From assembly GCA_038496445.1 (NCBI GenBank), contig JALMLS010000461.1:186001-250000 (forward strand): a DNA stretch of 64,000 bases. The letters run 5' to 3'. Positions within the stretch are counted from its first letter, which is position 1. The number at the start of each line of letters is the position of its first letter. The translations under genes and the position numbers were made by a program. Below the pieces are notes generated by a model. That model ran no database searches and was not told where the DNA came from. It saw only the letters and a list, made by a program, of their open reading frames with translations. This stretch comes from Trichosphaerium sp. ATCC 40318. Lineage: Eukaryota; Protista; Tubulinea. Of the stretch, positions 38,970 through 50,730 are shown one piece after another.

Positions 38970-40181
38970 ATGAATGAAGAAGAGGTTAGCCAGAACATTA
39001 GTGACCTTGTCGCGCTCCCCGTTGAACTAGTAGTTCATATTCTCAAACAAGGCACTTTTACACTTCGTTCCGCGCAAACTTGCCGCTTCTTGCGGGATAT
39101 TGTCCATAACCACGTCGGATATCATCAAATTATTGTTAAAAGCAGTACCGAGGTGACGATGCTTTCTGGCAGTCCTTTATTGCAGAATACACCCATTCTG
39201 TTCTATAGGTATAGAGATGTAAACGACAATCAGTTGAGGTTACTAGCGGGAGTACATACAATCAATTTGTTTAGTTGTGAATCAATAACAGACGAAGGCA
39301 TCAAGGCATTGGCTGGAGTCTATGACATTGGATTATCAGAGACAAACGTGACAGACGAAGGCATCAAAGCATTGGCAGGTGTACACAAAATAGATTTACG
39401 TTTTTGTGAATCAATAACAGACGAAGGCATCAAGGCATTGGCTGGAGTCTATGACATTGGATTATCAAGGACAAACGTAACAGACGAAGGTTTGAAGGCG
39501 TTAGCAGGTGTACACTCTATCTTTTTACAAGGTAGTCTATCAATAACAGACGAAGGCATCAAGGCATTGGCTGGTGTACACACGATTGGGTTAAGCGACA
39601 CCGAGGTAACAAATGAAGGATTGAAGGCATTGGTAGGCGTACACACTATCAATTTGTTTCGCTGCAATGTAACTCATGAGGGCATCAAGGCGTTGGTTGG
39701 TGTACACAATATTAATTTATCGAATACAAAGGTAACAGATAAAGCTTTGAAGGCCTTGAAAGGTGTCCACACTGTCCAGTTGTATAGATGTAAATCAATA
39801 ACAAATGAAGGCATTAAGTCATTGGCTGGAGTCTATGACATTGGATTATCAGAGACAAACGTGACAGACGAAGGCATCAAAGCATTGGCAGGTGTACACA
39901 AAATAGATTTAGATTTTTGTGAAAACATAACAGATGAAGGCATTAAAGCATTGGTTGGTGTACACACTATAAATTTGGAACACTGTGACGTAACAGACGA
40001 AGGCGTTAAAGCATTGGCTGGTGTACACACTATAGATGTATCATACACCGAGGTAACAGATGAAGGATTGAAAGCATTGGCAGGTGTACACACTATAACC
40101 CTGTATGGTTGCTCCTCAACTTCAAAAGAGGGTGTCCAGGCAGCCGGTGCACAGGTAGTAAGGGCAGATTTCATTGTATAA
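38970..40181 (+). CDS. F-box-like/LRR protein, paralog 3 (intronless)
   Basis: LVALPVELVVHIL...AQTCRFLR plus about 14 LRRs. Confidence 0.88.
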   Translation: MNEEEVSQNISDLVALPVELVVHILKQGTFTLRSAQTCRFLRDIVHNHVGYHQIIVKSSTEVTMLSGSPLLQNTPILFYRYRDVNDNQLRLLAGVHTINLFSCESITDEGIKALAGVYDIGLSETNVTDEGIKALAGVHKIDLRFCESITDEGIKALAGVYDIGLSRTNVTDEGLKALAGVHSIFLQGSLSITDEGIKALAGVHTIGLSDTEVTNEGLKALVGVHTINLFRCNVTHEGIKALVGVHNINLSNTKVTDKALKALKGVHTVQLYRCKSITNEGIKSLAGVYDIGLSETNVTDEGIKALAGVHKIDLDFCENITDEGIKALVGVHTINLEHCDVTDEGVKALAGVHTIDVSYTEVTDEGLKALAGVHTITLYGCSSTSKEGVQAAGAQVVRADFIV

Positions 40182-40326
40182 CAGTGCTGTCTAGACTTAT
40201 CATAGTACACTTTTTATTGCTTTGTTTTAACAAACAGAATAAATGAAAACAAAATTAGTCTTAATGTTATTACGTTCACGAAAAGCAGACAGCTATGTTT
40301 GCATTTAGTGTTTTTAGGCGAGTTAA

Positions 40327-40419
40327 AACTGTCAAGAATATTTATTTTGTCATGTGTCACAATTGTCAGTGTAATAACGTTTAAAGCAATACAATCACTA
40401 GAAATACTCTCTGTCAGTT
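40327..40419 (-). promoter_or_regulatory. Candidate SECIS element (type II, GUGA core variant) 3' of the deiodinase-like gene
   Basis: Minus strand: helix 1 AACUGACAGAGAGUAUUU/AAAUAUUCUUGACAGUU; GUGAU + 11 nt + AAA; apical mini-stem GUUA/UGAC; 3' UGAC; begins about 28 nt after the stop. Folded by hand; helix 2 is imperfect. Confidence 0.6.
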
Positions 40420-40446
40420 GAATTGTTTCTTGGTGTAGTAGAAGTA

Positions 40447-41299
40447 TCAAAGATTTTGCTCTAGCCAAGCATCAACCTCTGATAGCTTGTAGCCAAAAGG
40501 ACCTTCACCTCCTTTGTACATTATCTTCTTGTTTTTAAGTATGTACAATCTAACATGTGATCAACTTCACAGTCACATGATAAACAAAAGTAAAAACTGT
40601 ACCTCTCTGGTAGAGCTTGGTATGCTTTGTTTGCATTATCATCCATAAGATCAACAAATATCGGAACCTTAAAGTTTGGGTTGTTTGTTTTAAAGTCTTC
40701 AATGATACCAATACGATCTTCAATATCCTTGGGCATACGATAACATACTTCGTTACCCGATAACTTCCATCCATCTGAAGCATGTGCTTCTAAACATTTT
40801 GTTCAGAGTTTGTACGTGTACATTGAATGTAGGCCAGAAATGGTGCGAAATTCACAAGCCATTATTTTACCCGAGGGCCGGGGATTTATTTTTTTCCGGC
40901 GATAAAACTGTTGATTGGAAGTGTACAAAGTAGCAAATTCCGTATAACATTCGGTTGTTTCAAAAAAAGTTCACCCGGAAGCTTTTAGGGAAAAACATTT
41001 TGAATTTGACCCGGATTTGAAACTAGAACATGTTGGAATTGTAAGAATTAAGTGGTAGGAAATGAGTTTTGTAACGGTTTTATTGTGTCAGCCTCTTTCT
41101 TCAATTCTCGTTTAGGTTTAACTTTTATTCATCCTCGTAAGTTCTTACACAGTGAATGTTATAAATACGATAAAAACATGACACGTGAGATAAACAGCGA
41201 AGAACTAATAGTGCCTATTCGCTTTTTTACAAAATTTGATTTTGGATGTGCTGAGCTCAGACTTTCATTTCAAGAACAAAGTTTATCATCATTTGGTCA
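40447..41299 (-). pseudogene. Iodothyronine deiodinase-like selenoprotein gene; C-half intact, N-half disrupted
   Basis: EAHASDGW...IEDR...IFVDLMDDNANKAYQALPER|LYILKNKKIMYKGGEGPFGY...EVDAWLE (40447-40791); FFAVYL remnant at about 41185-41204; tentative UGA-Pro at 41297-41299. Confidence 0.75.
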
Positions 41300-41580
41300 A
41301 AGAATAAATGAAGGAGACGCATATGGCATGTTGCAAAAACGTACTTTATCAAGAAGTCTGGCAGTTGTTTGTGGTGAGCAGTCAACTTGTCTGTCCTTGC
41401 ACAGCTTATAATTTAGGTATAACTATGCAAATGCCAACTTCTACACCTGCTTTGATAAGTGATTCTATGCGTTTGTTTGTAGTATGAGCACAATCAATCA
41501 AAACATTCAAATAATAATTGTACTTCTTTAACTAACTTTAGTTCTATTGTTACTATGTACAACAAAATAATTTGGTGTTA

Positions 41581-42552
41581 TTAGTGTGTTCCTGGTTTAC
41601 GATAAAGTGTTTGAACATATACCACAACTTTTTTTTCCCTAAGCTCTTCAACAAACTCATCACTAAACATACCATAGCTACATAGCAACATCTCCAAACT
41701 AATCAAGGGATTTATACCATCCTCGCTTATGTTCTTACATCCCTTTATAGATAACGTCCTGACAGTAAGTAGTTCTTTAATTCCGTTGTCTGTAACACTT
41801 TGGATATCGTTTAGGGTAAGCATCTTAACACTTTTTAAAGCTTTAATGCCTTTGTCTGTAATATTTTGACAGTTGCACAAGTCTACACACTCAGTTCTGG
41901 ACAATGCTGTAATACCCTCATCTGTTATTGTAGAACAATTAGAGAGATCTACTTTGTAGGCACCAGCCAATGCTTTGACACCTAAAATAGTATTACAATT
42001 GACACAAACAGGAATATTGCTTAGCATACCTGTATCAGTAATATTCATACATTTACGAAGGACTATTGAGTGTACACCAGACAGATGTACAAGTGCGTCA
42101 TCTGTTACATTAGTATGATTTAATACTATAGTATGAACTCCCTTTAGTGCTTTAATGCCTTGATCAGTTATGTTCTTACACCAGCCCAGCCTTATCTCAT
42201 AAACTCCAGCAAGTGATGAAACACCCTCATCTGTAATTTTACAGCATGAGAACATATCCAACCTGTGAACACCTTTCAGAAGTTTAAGCTGTGAGTCTTC
42301 AACATTATGAAAGCAACACATAGAAATTCTTGTGCTTTTAAGTAAAGGACTTCCACATAACATCTTGAAATGTTCTTCTCTTTTTATGAAAAGAAATCCA
42401 TATCCCACGTGTTTATTAACGATATTTCGCATTAAATGACACGTCTGAGCTGCGCGCAGGGTATACCTGCCGCATTTGAGGATGTAAACTATTATCTCCA
42501 CTGGTAGAGAAATAAAGTCGATGAGGTTCCCTGTTTGTTCAGTGTTACTCAT
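41581..42552 (-). CDS. F-box-like/LRR protein, paralog 4 (more divergent; probable 48-nt in-frame intron 41982-42029)
   Basis: FISLPVEIIVYIL...AQTCHLMR; LRRs; removing GTATGC...TTTAG restores ITDTGVKALAG. Confidence 0.85.
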   Translation of the reverse strand: MSNTEQTGNLIDFISLPVEIIVYILKCGRYTLRAAQTCHLMRNIVNKHVGYGFLFIKREEHFKMLCGSPLLKSTRISMCCFHNVEDSQLKLLKGVHRLDMFSCCKITDEGVSSLAGVYEIRLGWCKNITDQGIKALKGVHTIVLNHTNVTDDALVHLSGVHSIVLRKCMNITDTGMLSNIPVCVNCNTILGVKALAGAYKVDLSNCSTITDEGITALSRTECVDLCNCQNITDKGIKALKSVKMLTLNDIQSVTDNGIKELLTVRTLSIKGCKNISEDGINPLISLEMLLCSYGMFSDEFVEELREKKVVVYVQTLYRKPGTH

Positions 42553-42716
42553 TTTTAAGCTTGTAAAAGTTGTTTCTATATTCTAAAGATGTGCGGCTTT
42601 AGGTTTCTGTGTGTATACTTAACCCACGACTTAAACTGTTGCTGTTTACAAACTATTCCTTAAAATACAGTATAAGAACAATGTGGTTGTTATCCATGAA
42701 CAGGAAAACAACGTGT

Positions 42717-45700
42717 TTATTTCAATACAGTATTTCGGTGGTCAGTGCGTTGTCTCTTCAGGTCAGCATTACTTCTATATTCGTAACGTTCTGGCGATCT
42801 GGATCTCTTTCTCTGCTGTCTATACCCTGACGAATTGTATGATCCTGGATGATTATCGATGGTGGTATGTGTTAAAAGAGATTGTCTGTTGAATCTTACA
42901 CTGAGATAGGTGTTAGAAAAGCAAGGTAAGAAAAAACTCGTCAAAAAAAAAAGTAAAGAAGAATGGCTTGTACGTTTGATTCCTCACAGGTACTTCATTT
43001 TCTGATTGTTGTTCTATGTTACAACCTTTGTATTCATCCACGTTTTCGAAATGCACATCATCATTTCCAGACAAACCAGTTAAGGCAGCATTGAATTGTG
43101 TTCTGTGATAAGAACTTAAAAAATGCTTCAGTGACTCCACCTTTGGGTCCTTTTGCATGTTTCTACTACAACCGCAGATTTTACACAAATACCACATACG
43201 GTCATCAGAGGCATAACCAAAGTCTATCCAGCCTTGGTCATAGGCAAGAACAACATCATCTCGAAATGCTTGATTAACCAAGTTCAAATACGCCTTAACC
43301 CTCAACCTGTTCTCCTTAGCTTGTATTGATGGATAGCATTCGCTCTTGTTTATAATATCAATATGAACATCCTCCCAGTTCTTACAGTGCTTCAGCCAAT
43401 CATATTGCTTCACAGGAAAGCGTTCACAAGTTTGGTCAATATAAAAAACTGAACTGTTGCAAACCACTTTTGTAACCCATCCAAGAGCTATAAGACGTGC
43501 TGTAATGATACTGTTAACCTCTTCCTCACTTTCTACTTGTTCAACTTTATTGTGAGCCATTGTTATATCTACCAATTCTTCTGTTAGCTAAAAAGTAAGA
43601 AAAAACAAGGAATCATGAACGAAGAAACCATTCTTAAAAAAAAAGCATCTGTATACCTTTCTCGTTGTTATCAATAGCTACAGTTTGTGGTAAGACGTTT
43701 GTTGGCTGTGTTATAATAGAATAGTTTGCATTTGGATAGAGTAAGACTTCCTCACATTTCGCTGAAGCTTCCAAAATTTTTACAAAGTACAAGTCTTTTA
43801 CAACGTCCTTAAAATACAGACTGTTTCTACAAACAGGACATTGCCAAGAATTAGATTTGTTACATACAGTAAGCCAAGTTACAAGGTCAAAACACTAAGA
43901 AGAAAATGAAAAAATGAAAACAAACAAAAGAGGTAACAAAACAATTACATACTCTAAGATGTTCGCACAGAGCTCCACGGCAGGGTATTTTAACCTTCAC
44001 AAAACTCAAAGGATCATTTAGAGGTACTTTCACTTGGCTTAGTATACCACCAAGCGCCGAAAAAGTAGTACGAACTAGTCTTAAGTTAGTAAAATGCGAC
44101 GAACTTGAATGATCTGTACTTTTGTGCTTGGACTCAGCTGTGCTGAAGGGCTTCACATGTTGAACAATCTCATTTGTGTGTCTTTTTCTCATATACTGTA
44201 CAACAAAGTACCAACCCTAAACGTGTCAGAGGAGAGCTTTCAGATTTGTAGTAATGAGACTAAAATGAACCTTTTTTTTTGCTATTTTGTTGCATTTTAT
44301 AGATATTTTGTTCCATCCTTTGATTGCCTTGTCAGTCAAGTCCCAAACTCCCTTTTTCTATTGACCAATTAATTAACATATAAGAAAGATATCCCATTTA
44401 AAGACGCACATTACCAATACTCAGACAACTACCATTGATAGTCAAAGTCGTTAATCCTCTTGGCGTGATGCTCGAACAAAGCCTTTTCTTGTCAATGTAG
44501 CACCTTAGTATTATCATATAATCGCTGTTATTGTCATGATCGAAGGTAAATATATGAGAACCAGCTTTATTTATTTTGAAGAGACCAAGAGGTTTTGTAT
44601 CAGCAGGTGGAACACGAAAAGGATCATTGTTTTCACATTCTGGAATTAACTTTTGCATCGTCTCAGGCATGTCTTCTAGCTTAATACCTGTAGGGCGTAT
44701 TGGCTTATACCCAGATGATTTTGGTACTGTGTACTTAGTATCACAGTTATTTTTTTTGCTACAGAGGTATTTCTTAGCAAGGAGTTCATGCGAGCAGAAA
44801 AAAAACGTGATTTATGAAAAATAAGGAAACGGGTTTTTTTTGTTTGTAGATTACACGCTACACGTTAATTTCAAGCCTGTGAGTATTCCATTTGATTCAT
44901 ATTCGAATCATTATAGCGATAGATAGCCACAACGAAGGACAAAACATGACATTTTGTAAAAAAAAAAGTTTTGGTCAACTACTACGTTTAAAATGGCTTT
45001 GTATCTGATTTGAGCATACGATGTATGATATATGTACTATATCTATTCATATGTAAAGTCACAAGGCTTGATTTGAATCACTCACGGATCTTTTACGCAA
45101 AGAAGAGTTGTAGTTTACAACCAAGTTTTGTAGAATCAGTGTAAAAGAGTTTACCTTACAACCTCAATTACGCGTAAGGCATCCCGTAGATGTTGTTCAT
45201 GAACTTTAGTTGGGTACTTGTAACAACAATATCGCTTCATTACGTCCACAATAGTATTTTCGAGTGTTTTAGAGGCCTCGAAATGGTTTCTATTCTCACA
45301 ATCATTAAAACCCAGTTTTCTAACCCGAATTAATGTTTTATAGCGCTGTAACAACGTCTAAAGTGTTAATACGTACGACAGACATTCCTTAATGTGTTTC
45401 AGCTCAAAGACTCTTCGAATGATAGACTACGTACCCTGTTAGGCGTGAAAACCATCTAACAGAGCGCGTGGGCGTGCTCCGTAGGAAAGATTAAAAAAAC
45501 GCTTACTTGTATTTTAGAGTACTCATAGAGGTCTTTAACTTCTCGGAGCGTTCGACTTCTACACTCAGACATTACTTTGATTACTCAAAACGGAACACTA
45601 ACAAAGAAAAACGCTGAAAATAAATGAAAAAAAAAAGCCTTTTGCTTTTCCCGATTTGGAGCACGTGATACTTGAAATATTGCCTGGAGTTCATGGGAAT

Positions 45701-45793
45701 AACGTAGATAACCACTCCTACGTTATTGGATCCTCCTCTTGAAAACTGGCTAAAGTGCGACAAGTCCTTCAACAGTAGGTCAGCGAAGGTCAT
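42717..45793 (-). CDS. SP-RING/MIZ zinc finger protein (Siz/PIAS-like SUMO E3), multi-exon; start uncertain
   Basis: VPLNDPLSFVKVKIPCRGALCEHL...DLVTWL...WQCPVC...VKDLYFVKIL. Confidence 0.75.
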
Positions 45794-45932
45794 CTAGTTG
45801 TTAAAAAACGCAGAAAAAACCTTGTTCCTACATAAAGAGATCAACTCTTACCCATTGTCGTACTTTATAACACCAACGGAGATTTTCACCTGAGTTTCGC
45901 AACATAAACGCACTAGAGATTATTGCAGTAAT

Positions 45933-47246
45933 ATGAAGGCATCACCATTAAAAAAGGTAAATATGGATATAAAAACTTGATCTAATTTCGCCAAGCAAAT
46001 TAATAAACCAGAATCGACGTATTGCAACACGTTACTTGCCCTTCCGCTCGAGTTACAGCTAGAAATATCAAATTTAGAGTTTGAAGTGTTCCAGAAGTGG
46101 CCTATTTTATCAAAACACACAGCAATAACAACAAGGTTTGATGCAGATTTGAAAAAACATGGCACTTGGCTGCAATGTTGTGAAGAAGAAAACACGAACA
46201 AAAGCAACAAAACAACTCCACTAATAGCATCACAGAATACAATAATATGTCAGGAATCTTATAAACACGGCATTTTAGATGGAGAGGCCAAACTGTGGGA
46301 TAGTAAGACAGGTTTGCTATTTATTCAGTGTATATACATAAATAACAAGAAGCATGGTGATTTCAAAACGTGGTACACAAATGGTAAGTTACGACAGTAC
46401 AGTCACTACATTGACGGAAAGAAAAATGGATGTCATAAAAAATGGCATTGCAACGGACGTATGGCTTTTAAATGTAATTATGTTGACGATAAACAAGAGG
46501 GAGAATTTAAGTTGTGGTATGACAATGGAAGATTATTTAAAGAGTATAAGCTTGTCAATGGTTGTGATAGTGAGCACAAGGAGTGGTTTCGTAATGGTCA
46601 AATACAAACATATTGTTATCGTGATAAAGACAATATTACACGACAATACAAGGAGTGGCACGAAAATGGGCAGTTAGCCAAAGTTCACAATTACATAGAT
46701 AAAGATTGTACTCAGTATGAAGAATCAATGTGGCATGACAATGGACAATTGCTTAGCCAATGCACTATTATCAATAACAAAGAACAAGGACAGTACAGAC
46801 GTTGGCATAATAATGGACAGATATGGATTCAATGTAATTATGTGGACAGTAAAATAGATGGAGAGTACAAAGAGTGGTATTACAACGGCCAACTGAAGCA
46901 AAGTTATAGGTATGACAATGGTGAGTTAGTCGGTGATGCTAAAAAATGGTACTACACTGGCCAATTGTGTGTTCAATGCCATTATATTCAAGGTAAAATG
47001 GAAGCAGAGTACAAGCAATGGCATATAAACGGACAGTTACATGTATTGTTTAACAACGAAAATGACAAAATGGTTGGAGAATATAAAAAATGGGACATGA
47101 CAGGAGAGTTGTATCTTTCTATCAATTTAGTGAATGGTGGTTTTGAAAGAAATAGAAGCTACAATAACTTGCTAACTGAGGAAGAGATATTCTTCAGGCA
47201 ACTAAAGACATATGATGATTTCGATTTTGAAGACGGTATGGACTAA
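45933..47246 (+). CDS. F-box-like + MORN-variant (YwqK-like) repeat protein; short 5' intron 45957-45995
   Basis: MKASPLKK|QIN...LLALPLELQLEI, then about 11 repeats of GEYKxWxxNGQL. Confidence 0.8.
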
Positions 47247-47417
47247 GTAGAACAACTGATAAACAATCTTTATGGCTGTACACGTGTTTTACTCTGTTAC
47301 AGACATTTGGGTATAATATAACAAATGCTTGGCACTGCACTAGAGCCACAAGACATTTTGTCTTCTTCCCAACATCGTCTATAGTTAGTGTTCCTTGGTT
47401 AGTTGATAGAAGAAAGT

Positions 47418-49952
47418 AACTCAGAATCATATTAATTTCCATTTCTACGCTGTCGCTTGTTTGCTGCTTTCTGGGTTATTGTTTGTAAACTTGTACAAAA
47501 ACTACCATTTTACTTCTACGCTGTTGCTTATTTACTGCTCGCTGTCTTTTTTTCTGAGTTTATTTCGAACCTCTTAATCTCAGAACTATTTCTTTAACAT
47601 TCGAATACTGTTATTGTCGGCTTATTCTTAGCGTCGATTCTTAGTTCTGACATGGGTTTGAAGAGGACCAGATTTCCGAAAAGAATAGCAAAACTGCACT
47701 AAATAATGTTACAAATACATCACTTGCTTTTGGTTTTTTTACCAATTTGGCCCATGCAAAGTTACCACAACAAACCGCCGAACCACCTCTGTAGCATGGC
47801 CATTGTGTGGCATTTCTATAGTGAACCTTATTTAGACTTATTGCAATTGTGAAACTCATACTCTGAATCTAAAACATACAACCTTAGTTCCACTTTCATA
47901 GTCATAATCCATGCTATTCAAAAGCTTGTAGGGATTACTTTCGTTCATAGATATGAGGCGTTCCAGCAAGTATTCAAAAAGCAACTTGCTTTGCCATAAC
48001 TCTTCAAAGTTAAACCACTATAAATGTCAAACATATCCATGTGATCGTCTGTTAGTCCTAGAATCTCAGGAGTTCTTGACAATGTTAGCTAAGAAAACAA
48101 CAAGAAAAGAAATAACGCAAATGAAAGGTTCAGAGTATGGTGACTTATTACATCACACAACATGGTACTTTATTGCTTTATTTTAACTTGCCCTTCCTTG
48201 AAGCTGTACATACTAAATTTAAAGTTTGGCAAGACTATTAAAGAAACAACAAAACAAACATGTGCAATGACTTTATTATATTACAAGTAATGCAAATATA
48301 GTAACAAACAACACAGTTAGTGAAGGTATTGAAATGTAAGAGCAAGATATTGCTCCCGGTGTACTTGGTTGATCAGTCGTTGGAGAAATAGTTGTAGGTG
48401 ATACAGAAGTAGGTGCATTTGTTTGAATTACACCTGTTAGAGTGGTTGGAGGTACAGTTGGAGCAGCAGTAGGCGGTTCAGTTGTTGGGGTAGTATTTGG
48501 AGTCACAGTAGTTGGAGTTGTAGTAGTCAGAGGTATAGTTGGAGGCACAGTAGTCGGAGGCGCAGTAGTCGGAGGTATAGTAGTTGGAGGCACAGTAGTC
48601 GGAGGCGCAGTAGTCGGAGGCATAGTAGTTGGTGCCATAGTAGTTGGAGGCGCAGTAGTCGGAGGTATAGTAGTCGGAGACACAGTAGTCGGAGGTATAG
48701 TAGTCGGAGGCACAGTAGTCGGAGGCGCAGTAGTCGGAGGTATAGTAGTTGGTGCCACATTAGTTGGAGGTATAGTAGTCGGAGGACGCATAGTAACTGG
48801 GGGCGTGTTCAGTGTTGGAATAAAAGCTCCAGAATAGAACATCACTGTATACACACAAGACTTAAATTGCTCGCCTCCGCCATTTTCATCTGTCATTATT
48901 CGTACTGTATCTGTAATAGTTGGTAAAACATCAGTGACAGTTGATTCCAGTATTGATGAATCTTCAATAATACCATAAGTAGCATTTCGTGTTGAAGGAT
49001 CATACCTGAAATGAACAAAAAGTTAGTAAACTGAACATGTGTTTTTGAACTCAATTTGGTTGCTGACGTACGCGAAAAAGATTGACATGAAACCACTTTG
49101 AAGCGAATCAATAGTAGCAGAACCTCCCGGAGTAGCAAGAACAAGTTTTTCCTGGTTAACGTAAAATCCACTATCCGTGACACTAGCCCATCCAAGGATT
49201 CTCCCCACACGGGGGATGTAGGTAACTCAATATCAAGTTGTATTACAATAGTGTATGGGTTGTTTATAAGCGTGACAGGGTTGTTTAGTATCAGAAATGG
49301 GTTTGTAGCATCTGGAAGCTCTAGACAGCCCTCTATCATGTTGTAGACCTCTGGTATGCCTATTGTTAAGTTTCTATTTCGAGAAACAGTCAGAAAATCA
49401 TTCAAAAGGCGTTTCCAGCATACCCATTACCAACGCTATCTGATAGGTTGCCGTCAAGGTTAAATTCATGTACTAGAGTCTGAGTGACTGCTAGTTGCAG
49501 GAATGCGACTACAAAACAGAAAGATACAACAGCTTGTATGTTGTACATGTTGCGTTGTGTGTACGAAAATAGCTTTTATGATTTTAATAGCACTAAATTT
49601 AGCTGTTGTGCTTAATTAAGTATGATTATGTGGTTTTGGTGTGACTAAATCTAAACCTGTCCGGTGTTTACGTTTAGAGAGCTAATTAACATTCATGAGT
49701 GTTTTATTAAACGGATTGTTATTTTTAGGAATTGACATGTCAAGTTTTCGGTTTTTTACTAACTGGACGCATAGGGTTATGTAGTATTCCGGAATTTCTT
49801 TCCCGGTCAACAAGCGGCGATTCTAGGTCAACCTTGGGTGATATTGTGTCAAAACGTTAAGAAATTATGGAATAATATTCCGGAACCCTATGCGTGCCCA
49901 ATAGCTTCCAAAATTTGGGTTGTACATTTTTACCGAAAGCTTCTACCAAAAC
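47418..49952 (-). repeat. Inverted segmental duplication, arm 2
   Basis: Reverse complement of about 30703-33083. Confidence 0.93.
48276..49548 (-). CDS. Surface lectin-like mucin copy B; -1 frameshift in a G run near 49205 (real or sequencing error)
   Basis: Paralog of 31109-32331; TGGGGAGA (4 G) versus TGGGGGAGA (5 G) in copy A splits the exon between two frames. Confidence 0.72.
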
Positions 49953-50130
49953 CGAAAAAAGGTTGGTTGTAAAAATAGGATTGTCACTATTTTTTTATTG
50001 ATACCTTTTATTCAAATTTGGCAGAGTTTTACACGCTCCACCAATGGCTGACAACATGTCGGCATCCACTTAAACATTTCCGCTTTGCGGCAAAAAAGCC
50101 GAAAATTGTGCGAGTTTCCTGTCATTTAGA

Positions 50131-50380
50131 GCGCGTTTTACAAAGAAAACTCGTAAAGTTGTCAGCTGCATTTGTTATCCCACTCTCACAATTTTAGAAC
50201 AAATGCCGACTTCCAAACGTTTCCGCCTCTGCCTGGGCTGTAAATGTAGAAGAGCCAAGTTCGACTATTTATATGCGTTTCAGGAGCGTTGAGAGCGAGA
50301 GGCAAAAAAGCCGAAAACAGTGTAAACACGCCAAAAAATGACAACCTGAAAACTTAACGAGTTTTCTTTGTAAAATGCGC
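50131..50380. mobile_element. Short MITE-like inverted-repeat element
   Basis: GCGCGTTTTACAAAGAAAACTCGTAAAGTT versus reverse complement of 50351-50380 (28/30); no clear TSD. Confidence 0.55.
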
Positions 50381-50730
50381 CAATGCCAACATGCAAACAA
50401 TTTACAGGACACCTGAACTCTACAAGATACGCTCATGTTAATGTTAGTCTGTTTAGAACTGAATTACAGGAAGGACACTACCATTTTTGACAGAAAGCTG
50501 TTCCATCTTTGACTTCCGTGTTACCTTTTCTGAGTCATTTTCGTTCACTATTTACTAACAAATGTTCAATTTGTTTATTATTGTTTATACAAGGCTACAT
50601 CTTTGTGTTATCATCTTCTCGCTCCAGTATACTAGTATCAGCAATCTGCTTGGCGTTGATTAAGGTAGCTTTGTCTTCTAATTGTAGTTCCAAAGTTGGT
50701 TTATTCAGAATCTTTAGAAAGAGTTGTTAG

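Noticed and set aside
45963-45980. Selenocysteine or read-through TGA at the start of the MORN gene
   Set aside because: The TGA lies within a plausible 39-nt GT-AG intron.
38970-47246. Integrated giant virus segment
   Set aside because: No NCLDV core genes; the virus-like repeat genes are interspersed with intron-rich host genes.
30703-49952. Giant transposon or Polinton with long TIRs
   Set aside because: The arms are gene duplicates with ragged ends, no TSD was seen, and there is no integrase or polymerase between them.
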